Shown one piece after another: positions 19,695 through 30,815 of a stretch of DNA of 64,000 nt. Both the position numbers and the translations under genes were made by a program. Source of the stretch: Erythrobacter sp. ANT-B3C2. GTDB lineage: Bacteria > Pseudomonadota > Alphaproteobacteria > Sphingomonadales > Sphingomonadaceae. The notes under the pieces are model-generated. The model saw only the letters and a program-made list of their open reading frames with translations, had not been told where the DNA came from and did not search any database. Every line of letters starts with the position of its first letter. Within the stretch, counting starts at the first letter, position 1. The stretch is from the NCBI GenBank assembly GCA_001683845.1, contig LXQI01000011.1, positions 13,790 through 77,789 of the forward strand, read 5' to 3'.

Positions 19695-22600
19695 TCAGGC
19701 GACGAGCCGCAGATTGGCGCGGGTGCTATGCGGCTCGAGCACGATCTCGGACAGGCCGGGCACCCCCGTCAGCCTGTCGACCAGCTCGCCATCGAGCGCG
19801 AAATCGCGACCGAGTCGGACGCATGGCGCCTCGCCGCTCTCAAGCAGCAGCCGCGCGATCACCTCGCCGCGGCCGCACTCACCCTCGACAAGGGCTGCGC
19901 GCAATTCCCCCAGAGCGGTGGGGCTCTCGACGCCTAGCGTCATCCGCATCCGCGCCGCGCCGGTAACTTCGGAAAGCGGCCGGGCGCCGCGCACGGTGAT
20001 GCGCGGAGGCTCGTCCGCGCTGGGCGCATCCAGCTCCACCTGCAACAGCACGCAGGTGCCGTCGGCCGCCCAGCGCTGGAACTGTTCGACCAGCCCCTCT
20101 TCGAAGCAGGCGGCGGTGAACTGGCCGCTGGGGTCCGAGAAATCGGCGCGGATGAAGGCGGTGCCCTTGCGCGTGCGGCCCTTGTTGACACCCTCCACCA
20201 GCGCGGCGATCACCGCCGGCTTGCGCCCGCCCGCGACGCCCTCGGCCATCAGCGAGGCATAGGAGCGGGCGCCGTTGGCCGAGGCGACCGCGCGGTGCTG
20301 CCCAACCGGGTGCGCGGCGAAATAGAAACCGAAATTGTCGCGCTCGGCCGTCATCTGCTCGGGGCGGGTCCAGGGTTTCGCCTCGACCAGCCGCAATGCC
20401 GGCGCCTCGTGGTCGTCCGCGCCGAATAGCCCGGCCTGCCCGCTGTCGCGCTCGCGGCTGGCGGCATCGGCCACCGCCAGCAGCATGTCGGCATTGGCGA
20501 GCACCCTCGCCCGGTTCGGCTCGAGCCCATCGAACGCCCCCGCGCCCGCCAGCGCTTCTAGCTGGCGGCGGTTCATCGCGCCCGGCGGCATGCGGGCGAA
20601 GCAATCCTCCAGGCTGGCGAAGGCGCCGCGGGCGAGCCGCTCCTCGACGATCTGCTCCATCGCCGCTTCGCCCACGTTGCGGATGCCGGCCAGCGCATAG
20701 CGCACCGCCCGCCCCTCGTCGGTCGGCTGGACGGTGAACTCGGCTTCCGAGGCGTTGATGTCGGGCGGCAGGAGCGCCCAGCCCGCGCGGCGGATGTCGT
20801 CCACGAACACCGCCAGCTTTTCGGACTGGTGCATGTCGAAACACATTGAGGCGGCAAAGAATTCATGCGGGTAATGCGTCTTCAGCCAGGCGGTCTGGTA
20901 GGAGAGCACGGCATAAGCGGCGGCGTGCGACTTGTTGAAGCCATAGCCGGCGAACTTGTCGATCAGGTCGAACAACTCGTTGGCCTTCTTGGCCTCGATC
21001 GCGCTCACCTCGGCGCAACCGGCCACGAAGCGGGCGCGCTGGGCGTCCATCTCGCGCTGGATCTTCTTGCCCATCGCCCGCCGCAGCAAATCTGCCTCGC
21101 CCAGAGTATAGCCGGCGAGCAGCTGGGCGGCCTGCATCACCTGTTCCTGGTAGACGAAGATGCCGTAAGTCTCTGAAAGGATGCCTTCGAGCTTGGGGTG
21201 CGGATATTCGATCTCCGTCTCGCCGTTTTTGCGGCGGCCGAACAGCGGGATGTTGTCCATCGGGCCCGGCCGATAGAGCGAAACAAGCGCGACGATGTCC
21301 TCGAACCGCGTCGGCTTCACCGCCGCCAGCGTGCGCCGCATCCCTTCCGATTCAAGCTGGAACACGCCCACCGTGTCGCCGCGCTTGAGCAGCTCGTAGA
21401 CTTCCGGATCGTCCCAGCTAAGCGTATCGAGCTGGAACGATATGCCGCGCGCTTCCAGCAGGTCGATCGCCTTCTGCAACACCGAGAGCGTCTTCAGCCC
21501 GAGGAAGTCGAACTTGACGAGGCCGGTGTCCTCCACCCACTTCATGTCGAACTGGGTCACCGGCATGTCCGAGCGCGGATCGCGGTAGAGCGGCACCAGC
21601 TGCGCCAGCGGCCGATCGCCGATCACCACGCCGGCCGCATGGGTGCTGGCGTTGCGCGGAAAGCCCTCGATCTGCATCGCCAGATCGATCAGGCGGCGGA
21701 CCTCGTTGTCATTGTCGTATTCGCGGCGGAACTCGGCAAGACCGTTGAGCGCGCGGTCGATAGTCCACGGGTCGGTCGGGTGATTGGGCACCATCTTGCA
21801 GAGGCGATCGACCTGGCCGTAGCTCATCTGCAAGATTCGCCCGCAATCGCGCAGCGCCGCGCGCGCCTTCAGCTTGCCGAAGGTGATGATCTGGGCAACG
21901 TGGTCTTCGCCATATTTGGCCTGCACGTAGCGGATCACCTCGCCCCGGCGGGTCTCGCAGAAATCAATGTCGAAATCCGGCATCGAAACGCGTTCGGGGT
22001 TGAGGAAGCGTTCGAACAGCAGGCCCAGGCGGATCGGGTCGAGATCGGTGATCGTCAGCGCCCAGGCGACCAAGCTGCCCGCACCAGAGCCACGCCCCGG
22101 CCCCACCGGGATGCGCTGCGCCTTGGCCCATTTGATGAAATCGGCGACGATCAGGAAATAGCCGGGAAAGCCCATCCGGGCGATAACGTCGACCTCGAAA
22201 TCGAGCCGCTCGGCATAGCCAAGCACCTCCTCGCCAACGCCGATCGCCTCGAGCCGGACGGCCCGGGCGTCGGCCGGCGCGGCCAGGGCGCCGAGCAGCG
22301 CCGCGCGCTCCACCTGCGGGTAGCGACCGAGCAAGCGGTCGGCGAGGCCGGCGCGGGCATCCTCGGCCAGCATCCGCGCCTCGCCCGCCAGATCGCCGGC
22401 AAGGCTGGGCAGGATCGGCTTGCGGCGGGGTGGAGCAAAGGCGCAGCGCTGGGCCAGCACCAGCGTGTTGGCGGTCGCCTCTGGCAGATCGGCGAACAGC
22501 TCGGCCATCGCGCCCGCGTCCTTCACCCAGGCCTCGGGCGCGGAGCGGAGGCGATCGGCGCTGTCGATCTGGCTCGAATGGGCGATGCACAGCAGCGCAT

Positions 22601-23249
22601 CATGCGCGGCATGCATTGCGGGGTCGGCGAAATTGGCGGGGTTGGTGGCGACCAGCGGCAGGCTGTGCGCATAGGCGAGATCGACCAGCGCATCCTCGGC
22701 CGCCTCCTCCACGGAGTCGCCGCGGCGGGCGAGCTCGACATAGAGTCGGCCGGGGAACAGCGCCGCCAGCCGCTCCAGCAGCGCTGCGGCGCGCGTAGCG
22801 CGGCCGTCCGCGAGCAGCCGGGCCACGGCGCCCTCTCCCGCCCCGGTCAGCGCGATCAGCCCGCCGGTGCGCCCCTCCAACTGGCCGAACGCCACATGCG
22901 GCTCCAGCTCCAGCGGCCGATCGAGATGCGCCGCGCTGACGAGGTGGCACAAATTGGTCCAGCCCTCCTCGTCCTGCACGTACAGCGGCAGGTAATCGAT
23001 CGGCCCGCTGGTGCCATCGGCTTCGGGTCGGGCCACTCCGAGCAGCGCCCCGACGATCGGCTGCACCCCTGTACCCTGGCACGCAGCAGCAAAAGCCCCG
23101 CTGCCGTAGAGGCCGTTGCGGTCACAGATGGCGATGGCTGGAAACCCGTGCCGCTTAGCGAGCTTTGCGATATCCTTCGGATCTATCGCCCCCTCGAGCA
23201 TCGAATAGCTCGACAGGATACGGAGCGGGACGAACGGCGCATGCGGCAT
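19695..23249 (-). CDS. dnaE: DNA polymerase III alpha subunit
   Basis: 1184 aa from the ATG at 23249. PHP domain FVPLRILSSYSMLEGA, the polymerase core, and an OB-fold C-terminus. Confidence 0.97.
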   Translation of the reverse strand: MPHAPFVPLRILSSYSMLEGAIDPKDIAKLAKRHGFPAIAICDRNGLYGSGAFAAACQGTGVQPIVGALLGVARPEADGTSGPIDYLPLYVQDEEGWTNLCHLVSAAHLDRPLELEPHVAFGQLEGRTGGLIALTGAGEGAVARLLADGRATRAAALLERLAALFPGRLYVELARRGDSVEEAAEDALVDLAYAHSLPLVATNPANFADPAMHAAHDALLCIAHSSQIDSADRLRSAPEAWVKDAGAMAELFADLPEATANTLVLAQRCAFAPPRRKPILPSLAGDLAGEARMLAEDARAGLADRLLGRYPQVERAALLGALAAPADARAVRLEAIGVGEEVLGYAERLDFEVDVIARMGFPGYFLIVADFIKWAKAQRIPVGPGRGSGAGSLVAWALTITDLDPIRLGLLFERFLNPERVSMPDFDIDFCETRRGEVIRYVQAKYGEDHVAQIITFGKLKARAALRDCGRILQMSYGQVDRLCKMVPNHPTDPWTIDRALNGLAEFRREYDNDNEVRRLIDLAMQIEGFPRNASTHAAGVVIGDRPLAQLVPLYRDPRSDMPVTQFDMKWVEDTGLVKFDFLGLKTLSVLQKAIDLLEARGISFQLDTLSWDDPEVYELLKRGDTVGVFQLESEGMRRTLAAVKPTRFEDIVALVSLYRPGPMDNIPLFGRRKNGETEIEYPHPKLEGILSETYGIFVYQEQVMQAAQLLAGYTLGEADLLRRAMGKKIQREMDAQRARFVAGCAEVSAIEAKKANELFDLIDKFAGYGFNKSHAAAYAVLSYQTAWLKTHYPHEFFAASMCFDMHQSEKLAVFVDDIRRAGWALLPPDINASEAEFTVQPTDEGRAVRYALAGIRNVGEAAMEQIVEERLARGAFASLEDCFARMPPGAMNRRQLEALAGAGAFDGLEPNRARVLANADMLLAVADAASRERDSGQAGLFGADDHEAPALRLVEAKPWTRPEQMTAERDNFGFYFAAHPVGQHRAVASANGARSYASLMAEGVAGGRKPAVIAALVEGVNKGRTRKGTAFIRADFSDPSGQFTAACFEEGLVEQFQRWAADGTCVLLQVELDAPSADEPPRITVRGARPLSEVTGAARMRMTLGVESPTALGELRAALVEGECGRGEVIARLLLESGEAPCVRLGRDFALDGELVDRLTGVPGLSEIVLEPHSTRANLRLVA

Positions 23250-23338
23250 GTCCGCAGAATACGCACGCTGGCGCGGTTCAGGAAGGGTGTGCCGGGCGTT
23301 TTTGCACAAAGCTGCCGGTGGCGGGCAAGCCCACAGTT

Positions 23339-23614
23339 TCAGCCGGGAAAGTCCGGCCGCGCGGCCAGTTTCAAGATTTCGGCCGTGTCCAACCGCCGGT
23401 CACCGGCCTTCTGAATGGCGAAACCGGCACGCTCGCCGGCCGGCATGTTCGCGATCCGCGCTACCATCTCGGCCAGCGTTCCGCGATGCAACGCGGACAG
23501 AGCGCCGAACACGCCCTGACCATCGCCCTTGGAATGAATGGTGGCATGATCGTTCCACTCTATGCCTTGGGACTTCGTGCCCTCGGCGTCGATGGTGCCC
23601 GGATGGTCGATCAT
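23339..23614 (-). CDS. small conserved-looking hypothetical protein
   Basis: 91 aa from the ATG at 23614, preceded by GGAGGAG. GC3-rich codons sit between dnaE and the carbonic anhydrase. No family recognised. Confidence 0.5.
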   Translation of the reverse strand: MIDHPGTIDAEGTKSQGIEWNDHATIHSKGDGQGVFGALSALHRGTLAEMVARIANMPAGERAGFAIQKAGDRRLDTAEILKLAARPDFPG

Positions 23615-23665
23615 GCATTTCTCCTCCGCCCCGCCCCGGCACAATTGCCGGGGCCAGAGCGCGGC

Positions 23666-24409
23666 TCAGGCGAGATCGATGAAATCGACCTTGCCGCTTT
23701 CCAGATTATAATAGGCGCCCACCACCTTCACGCGACCCGCCCGCAGCGGCTCCTGCATGATCGGATCAGTCTGGTTGCGCAGATAATCGACCACGCGGCG
23801 CACATTGGCGCGCACGGAATTGTCCATCAGCTCGCCCGGCTCGTTGCGCGCCTGCAGCACCGCGGGGATAATCGGTTCGATCATGCGGCCGATCTGGCCT
23901 GGGAAGGTCGCATTCTCTGTCACGACCTGCACCGCCGCCGCCACTGCGCCGCAGCTCTCATGACCCATCACCACCACCAGCGGAACGTTGAGGATGGCCA
24001 CGGCATATTCCACGCTGCCCAGGGCCACGGTGTCGACGGTGTTACCCGCATTGCGAATGATGAACAGTTCGCCCAGCCCTCGGCCGAACAGCAGTTCGGG
24101 CGGTACGCGGCTGTCGGAGCAGGTAACATACGCTGCGAACGGACGCTGCGTCTGCAAGAGCTGAAGCCGGCGCTGCGCGTTGGTCATGTCTTGCGCGAGT
24201 TCGCCGCTCAGGAAGCGGGCGTTGCCCTGCCGCAGCAATTCCAGCGCCTCATCCGGTGTCAGGTTCTCCGGGCTCCGCGCTCCCAAGGCCGGGGCAGCGC
24301 CAGCCTGGGGCGCGTAGCCTTGCGCGGCCGATGCACACCCGCTCAGGGCACCCGACAGCGCGACGGCGCCACCCATCGACGCAAGAAAGGTTCGGCGTTC
24401 GGTCTTCAT
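23666..24409 (-). CDS. beta-class carbonic anhydrase with Tat-type signal peptide
   Basis: MKTERRTFLASMGG (twin-arginine), a lipobox-like LSGC, and the zinc ligand context CSDSRVPPE ... VMGHESCGAV. Confidence 0.88.
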   Translation of the reverse strand: MKTERRTFLASMGGAVALSGALSGCASAAQGYAPQAGAAPALGARSPENLTPDEALELLRQGNARFLSGELAQDMTNAQRRLQLLQTQRPFAAYVTCSDSRVPPELLFGRGLGELFIIRNAGNTVDTVALGSVEYAVAILNVPLVVVMGHESCGAVAAAVQVVTENATFPGQIGRMIEPIIPAVLQARNEPGELMDNSVRANVRRVVDYLRNQTDPIMQEPLRAGRVKVVGAYYNLESGKVDFIDLA

Positions 24410-24414
24410 ACAAT

Positions 24415-24450
24415 GCTCTCCCGGTTCCCGGCGCTCTCCCGGTTCCCGGC
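24415..24450. repeat. perfect 18-bp tandem duplication (2 copies) in the carbonic anhydrase leader
   Basis: gctctcccggttcccggc occurs at 24415-24432 and again at 24433-24450. On the coding (minus) strand each copy reads GCCGGGAACCGGGAGAGC, so the proximal copy supplies the GGGAGAG Shine-Dalgarno. Confidence 0.95.
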
Positions 24451-24529
24451 GCAAACGGTCGAGCCGCCCTTTTGGGTCCCGGAAGGTAGAGGATTTGCAG
24501 TCAATGGCGCGTTGCGCGACGCGGCAGCG

Positions 24530-25234
24530 TTATTCCAGCACGCCCTCGTGCAGACGGACCACCCGGTCCATCCGTGCAGCCAGCCGCTCGTTGTGCGTGG
24601 CCACCAGCGCGGCGCTACCGTGGCCGCGCACCAGCTGGAGGAATTGCGCCAGCACTTTGTCGGCGGTGTGCTCGTCGAGGTTTCCGGTGGGCTCGTCGGC
24701 CAGCACCAGCCGCGGGCCGTTGGCCAATGCGCGGGCGACGGCTACGCGCTGCTGCTCGCCGCCCGAAAGCTGGCTGGGGCGGTGTTCGAGCCGGTGTTCG
24801 AGGCCGAGCGCGCCCAGCAGTTCTTGCGCCCGGATGCGTGCCGCGCCGCGCTCCTTGCCGGAGACGAGCTGCGGCAGGATCACGTTCTCCTCGGCGTTGA
24901 AATCAGGCAGCAGATGGTGGAACTGGTACACGAAGCCAAGATGATCGCGCCGCATCCGGGTGCGCTGGGCCGCGTCCAGCCCGCTCGCCTCGATGCCGGC
25001 GATGGCGATGCGCCCGCCGAAGCCGCCCTCAAGCAGCCCAACCGCCTGCAGCATGGTCGACTTGCCCGAGCCGGAGGGGCCGAGCAGCGCGACGATCTCG
25101 CCGGCCCCGATGGTGAGATCGACCCCGCGCAGCACCTCGATGGTCACCCCGCCCTGCACGAAGCTGCGGGTCAGCCGCTCAAGCTGGACGATCGGCTCGC
25201 GCTCGCCTAGTACCTGCGTTGCAGCCTCATTCAT
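24530..25234 (-). CDS. lolD: lipoprotein-releasing ABC transporter ATP-binding protein
   Basis: Walker [10 protein letters not shown], signature [15 protein letters not shown], and Walker [13 protein letters not shown]. It overlaps the upstream permease gene by 8 nt. Confidence 0.9.
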   Translation of the reverse strand: MNEAATQVLGEREPIVQLERLTRSFVQGGVTIEVLRGVDLTIGAGEIVALLGPSGSGKSTMLQAVGLLEGGFGGRIAIAGIEASGLDAAQRTRMRRDHLGFVYQFHHLLPDFNAEENVILPQLVSGKERGAARIRAQELLGALGLEHRLEHRPSQLSGGEQQRVAVARALANGPRLVLADEPTGNLDEHTADKVLAQFLQLVRGHGSAALVATHNERLAARMDRVVRLHEGVLE

Positions 25235-26468
25235 AGCGCAGCACCTCGACCGGATCGGTGCCCGCGGCGCGATAAGCCGGGTAGAGCGTGGCGAGGAAGC
25301 TGAGGCCCATCGCCATGCCGCAGATCATCAGCACCTCCACCGGATCGGTGCGTGCGGGCAGTTCGGTCAGGAAGCGGATCTGCGGGTCCCACAGGCTCTG
25401 GCCGGTGATCGCCTCGATCCCGCGCACGATCGGCTGGCGGAACAGCAGCACGGTGAAGCCCAGCGCCAGCCCCGCAAGGGTGCCCATCGCCCCGATCACC
25501 GAACCGGCGGTGACGAAGATCTTCAGCAGCGATTTGCGCGTGGCGCCCATGGTGCGGAGGATGGCGATATCCCGCGTCTTGGAGCGCACCAGCATGACGA
25601 GGCTGGAGAGGATGTTGAACGCTGCCACCAGAACGATGATCGAGAGCGCGAAGAACATCGCCACCCGTTCCACCTGCAACGCTTCGAACAGGGTGCGGTT
25701 GATGGTCCGCCAGTCGGTCACCACCGCGGTGCCCTGCAATTGCGCCGCCACCGGCGCGAGGATCTCGCCCACCTTGTCGGCGTCGACGGTGGTGACCTCG
25801 ATCATGCCGATCGCATCACCGGTGAGCAGCAGCGTCTGCACCTGCGGGATCGGCATGACGACAAAGGCCTGGTCATAATCGTAGATTCCGATTTCGAAGA
25901 TCGCGGTGACGGTGTAGCCCACCTGCCGGGGCACGGTGCCGAACGGCGTGGAGCGGCCCTGCGGGTTGATGATGGTGACCACGTCGCCCACGCGCATGCC
26001 CAGGTTCATCGCCAGCCGGGAGCCGATCGCCACGTTGTCCGCGCCCGGGCGCAGCGTGGCGAGATCGCCGGCGACCACGGCATCGGCCAGCTGGGCAATG
26101 TCCTCGGGCGTGTTGCCGCGCACCGACACCGCTTCGGCCCGGCCGTTGAAGGTGGCGAGCAGCGGCTGTTCGATCAGCGGAGAGGCGCTGACCACGCCCT
26201 CGGTCGCCCGGACCCGCTCAAGCACCTGCTCCCAATTGTCCAGCCGGCCACCATAGGCCTGGATGATCGCATGGCCATTGAGCCCCACGATCCGGTCGAG
26301 CAGTTCGGCGCGAAAGCCGTTCATCACGCTCATAACGATCACCAGCATGGCGACCGAGAGCATCACCACGCCGATGCTGATCGAGGCGACGAGCGCGATC
26401 ACCGCCTCCCCGCGCCCCGGCAGCATGTATCGCTTGGCGATGGTCCATTCGAAGGGAGAGAGGATCAA
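25227..26468 (-). CDS. lipoprotein-releasing ABC transporter permease (LolC/LolE family)
   Basis: MacB/FtsX-type permease with the N-terminus [21 protein letters not shown] prefer the TTG at 26468, which gives 413 aa, the typical LolC/E length. The track start at 26585 adds 39 Pro/Ala-rich residues. Confidence 0.85.
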   Translation of the reverse strand: MILSPFEWTIAKRYMLPGRGEAVIALVASISIGVVMLSVAMLVIVMSVMNGFRAELLDRIVGLNGHAIIQAYGGRLDNWEQVLERVRATEGVVSASPLIEQPLLATFNGRAEAVSVRGNTPEDIAQLADAVVAGDLATLRPGADNVAIGSRLAMNLGMRVGDVVTIINPQGRSTPFGTVPRQVGYTVTAIFEIGIYDYDQAFVVMPIPQVQTLLLTGDAIGMIEVTTVDADKVGEILAPVAAQLQGTAVVTDWRTINRTLFEALQVERVAMFFALSIIVLVAAFNILSSLVMLVRSKTRDIAILRTMGATRKSLLKIFVTAGSVIGAMGTLAGLALGFTVLLFRQPIVRGIEAITGQSLWDPQIRFLTELPARTDPVEVLMICGMAMGLSFLATLYPAYRAAGTDPVEVLRYE

Positions 26469-26750
26469 GGGGTGCTTCGCGCCGGGGCCAGAGGGGGCAG
26501 GTGGTTCGCGCGGCTGTAGGTGCGGTGCGGGTGCGAAGCAATGGGTTTGCGGGGCGGTGCCGGTGTGTATGAGGGCGCGGTTCAATGATGCTGCCGGGCT
26601 ATGAGATTACCGAGCGAGGGGATTGTCGAAGCCGACTGGCAGCTTAGTGGAAAGTGAAGCCGGCGCCGAGACCGGTACCAGCGCTGGTAGGATAATGCCC
26701 CGCCCGTTTACGGCGGCAGCGGGGACAGTCGCTCGGAGCCCGGACGCCGC

Positions 26751-28208
<1,458 letters not shown>

Positions 28209-28210
28209 TC

Positions 28211-28855
28211 ATGGCCGATACGACCAACACAACCAACCCGGGTGCTGCGACCACGCCGGTGAGCCCGGTGAATCCTGGGTCATCGTTCGGGAATACCGCG
28301 GGGACCGGCATGGGGAGCAGCCTTGGTGGGCTGCAGAGCATGGACAGCAGCGGCATGGATGCGGGATCTTCCGAACATACCGGCGAGGCGCGCTCGCATT
28401 TTTCGGCGGCTCTGGCGGAGGCCAAGGCCGGCGCGGCGGCGCTGAGCGAGGAGGCTCGGTTACGCGCCAGTTCGTACAAGGAGCAGGCGCGGAGCGCGGC
28501 GACCGAATATGGCGAGCAGGCCCGCACCACCGGCAGCGAGTTTTCGACCGAGGCGCGAACTCGTGCGAGCGAACTCGCCGTGGAAGGCAAGTCCAAGCTG
28601 AGTGAAGGTTTGAGCGGATTGAGCCGGGTGGTGGCGGACAATGCCCACACGGTCGACGACAATTTGGGCGCGGAGTACGGCGATTACGTTCGCACCGCCT
28701 CGAAGTCGTTGCAGGAGGTGGCCACGCGGTTCGACGAGCGTTCGCTGGAGGAACTGGGTGAGGATGTGCGCCAATTCGTGCGCAGCAGCCCGGGCACGGC
28801 GATCGGTCTCGCGGCGATGACGGGCTATCTGTTCGCTCGCATCCTGCGCCGATAG
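28211..28855 (+). CDS. DUF883 (ElaB/YqjD-like) C-tail-anchored stress protein with Gly/Ser/Thr-rich N-terminus
   Basis: 214 aa. It has a low-complexity N-terminus, a long Ala/Glu/Arg helical region, and the C-terminal motif VRSSPGTAIGLAAMTGYLFARILRR typical of DUF883. Confidence 0.75.
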   Translation: MADTTNTTNPGAATTPVSPVNPGSSFGNTAGTGMGSSLGGLQSMDSSGMDAGSSEHTGEARSHFSAALAEAKAGAAALSEEARLRASSYKEQARSAATEYGEQARTTGSEFSTEARTRASELAVEGKSKLSEGLSGLSRVVADNAHTVDDNLGAEYGDYVRTASKSLQEVATRFDERSLEELGEDVRQFVRSSPGTAIGLAAMTGYLFARILRR

Positions 28856-28867
28856 AGCGTGGTCGGG

Positions 28868-29329
28868 ATGAACGACCAGCTTGCCGCGCCGCCGCGGGGC
28901 GAGCCGGATTGGCGCGGCGAAGGCTCGCCTGAAGAGCCGTCCCTTCGCTATGAAGCGCCTGACGACCGGATGGTCGACGCCATCGAGGACCGTTCGCTGC
29001 TCGAGGATCTCGAGGCGCTGTATCATGACGGGCGGACTTATGCTTCGGCCGAGCTGGCGTTCCAGAAGACCCGCGCGTCGTTTGCTGCGGACCGGGCCAA
29101 GAAGGGGCTGGTATTTGGCGCGATCGGAGCGGGAGCAGCGCTGCTGGCGGCGATCGGGCTGACGGTGGGGCTGATCCTGACCCTCGCTACGCTTGTCGGG
29201 CCCTTGCTGGCGACCATCATCGTGGTGGCGGCGCTGCTGATCGTGGCGTGGCTGTGCGTCTCGAGGGCGACCAGCCGATTTGGCGAGCTGTCACGGGCGT
29301 TCGCGTCTAACGGGGAGAACCGGACATGA
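28868..29329 (+). CDS. YqjE-like / 'phage holin family' (holin-X, PF07332-like) two-TM membrane protein
   Basis: ATG at 28868 (MNDQ...); the track start is a GTG at 28859. Two adjacent TM helices (GLVFGAIGAGAALLAAIGLTVGLIL / GPLLATIIVVAALLIVAWLCV). Its stop overlaps the next ATG (ATGA). Confidence 0.7.
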   Translation: MNDQLAAPPRGEPDWRGEGSPEEPSLRYEAPDDRMVDAIEDRSLLEDLEALYHDGRTYASAELAFQKTRASFAADRAKKGLVFGAIGAGAALLAAIGLTVGLILTLATLVGPLLATIIVVAALLIVAWLCVSRATSRFGELSRAFASNGENRT

Positions 29330-29667
29330 GCGCGAGCGAACGGCAGCTGTCAGAGGACCGGGCCATGCGTGACGCGGCCCGGCGGCTGTTCAAGGCCGAT
29401 CTGGCGCTGGTGCGCGACGACCTTGCGACGCGAGGGCCAGGCGCGCGGGCGTCCGACCGGATTTCCGATGCAGCTCTCGACACGTTCGATGAGGCCGTGG
29501 GTTTCGCGGCCGAAAACCGGGGCAAGGTGGCCGGCGTGCTCGGGCTGATCGCGCTATGGTTCCTGCGCGGGCCGATCCTCGACGGATTGGGTGCACTGAC
29601 CGGGGCGAACGATGACGACGATGCTCGGGACGACCGACAGGACGAGGACGCGCGGGCCGGTCACTGA
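29326..29667 (+). CDS. hypothetical single-TM protein (third gene of the stress cluster)
   Basis: 113 aa with TM VAGVLGLIALWFL and an acidic tail. It is translationally coupled at both ends (ATGA, TGATG). Confidence 0.6.
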   Translation: MSASERQLSEDRAMRDAARRLFKADLALVRDDLATRGPGARASDRISDAALDTFDEAVGFAAENRGKVAGVLGLIALWFLRGPILDGLGALTGANDDDDARDDRQDEDARAGH

Positions 29668-30227
29668 TGCCTCTGTGGCCGGTTCGGGACGAGACAATGA
29701 CAGACGAAGGGGGATTGACGATGCACCATGATGAAACGCGCCAGGAGATCAGGCACCGGCTGGCAATGGGCGAGGCTTCGCTGCTCGACCGTGTGGGAGA
29801 AACCGCGATCGAGGCCAAGGACCGAGTGACTGCCTTTGTCCGCGAGCATCCGCTGACCACCATTGGCGCGGCACTGGCGATCGGCGTGCTGATCAGCGGC
29901 CTGTTCGAGCGCTCGCCCACACGCAGGGCGGGCCGCAAGGCTGCGGGCCTTGCCACGGTGGGAGCGGAGGCAGTGGTCGCGTTCCTGCACGAAGCGCTGG
30001 AAAGCGCGGGCGATGCCGCGAACTCGGCTGGACGCACGGCGGGCGAGCTTGGCCGGGCGGGCGCTCACCGGGCCGAGGACCTTGGGGGTACTCTTGCCGA
30101 CACCATGCGCTCGCTGCGGCACGATGCAGCCGATGCGCTCGATTCCGCTGGAGACAGCTTCGACGCCACGCAGCGGGGTGCACGCAAAAGCCTTCGCCGC
30201 TCCCTCGGGAGTTGGGGCCGGGTGTAA
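29667..30227 (+). CDS. hypothetical DUF883-like membrane protein (fourth gene of the stress cluster)
   Basis: 186 aa with an internal motif FVREHPLTTIGAALAIGVLISGLF resembling the DUF883 anchor. The start could be further downstream (MTDEGG or MHHDE). Confidence 0.55.
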   Translation: MPLWPVRDETMTDEGGLTMHHDETRQEIRHRLAMGEASLLDRVGETAIEAKDRVTAFVREHPLTTIGAALAIGVLISGLFERSPTRRAGRKAAGLATVGAEAVVAFLHEALESAGDAANSAGRTAGELGRAGAHRAEDLGGTLADTMRSLRHDAADALDSAGDSFDATQRGARKSLRRSLGSWGRV

Positions 30228-30303
30228 CGAGCTCCCGCTTGTCTCCGGCAGCGGAACGGGCCAGTGATCGGGCGAATGCGACGGACCTGGAGGGCTTTTA
30301 CGG

Positions 30304-30531
30304 ATGAGCAAGCAGCTGCTGCACCTGGTGATGGGCGGGCGGGTGACCGACCCGCAGGCCCTCGAATTTCAGGATCTGAGCCAGATCGACTTCGTCGGCG
30401 TGTTTCCCGATTATGAGACGGCCGAGGATGCTTGGCGCGCCCATGCCCAGCGAACTGTCGACGATGCCGAAATGCGCTATGTGATCGTCCATCTGCACCG
30501 ACTGCTGGAGCCTGCGCTCAAGGGCGAGTAG
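30304..30531 (+). CDS. DUF4170 domain-containing protein
   Basis: 75 aa. LLHLVMGGRVTDPQALEFQDL...VGVFPDYETAEDAWRAHAQRTVDDAEMRYVIVHLHRLL matches my recollection of the DUF4170 pattern. Confidence 0.75.
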   Translation: MSKQLLHLVMGGRVTDPQALEFQDLSQIDFVGVFPDYETAEDAWRAHAQRTVDDAEMRYVIVHLHRLLEPALKGE

Positions 30532-30815
30532 CTGAAGCGAGAGAGCTTTACGAATCGCCGCAACTGTCGCTGAGCGCTTTTACTTTTGTCGGCCGCCATC
30601 GAGCGCGTGCTGCGTGGCTCGGTAGAGCGGACTAATCGCGCCGGCGTGGGCCATTGCCCCGGTAAGTGGGGTGAGCCGAACTTCGGTACGGGGCGAGCAT
30701 TGGCGATGAGCGTTCCGCGAACCTTTGCGGAGATGGCTTCGGAGCAGTCGCTGATGCAGCGGAACAGGCAAGATACCCTGCCCCGCCCTGCGCCGCCGTG
30801 TGCATGAAGACGTTC

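Noticed and set aside
21198-23414. 738-aa plus-strand ORF, and similar long ORFs at 23165-25210, 24960-26519, 26940-28121, 2506-3597, 2760-3983, 5410-6693, 6690-7790, 7793-8842, 9322-10338 and 10242-11576
   Set aside because: All are antisense shadows of well-supported minus-strand genes (dnaE, the carbonic anhydrase, lolD, the LolC/E permease, eno, the decarboxylase and ligase, nnr, ilvD, ispE). They have Arg/Ala/Gly/Pro-biased composition, which is typical of high-GC DNA.
30228-30303. GGAAC box upstream of the DUF4170 gene as a second EcfG promoter
   Set aside because: The -10 position reads GAAT after a 16-nt spacer, which is not CGTT-like enough.
30532-30815. 284-bp convergent spacer with several short GC stems and a 73-aa ORF (30586-30807)
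   Set aside because: The ORF has no Shine-Dalgarno and an implausible composition. The stems are short or irregular and match no RNA family I can recognise. It is left as plain intergenic sequence.
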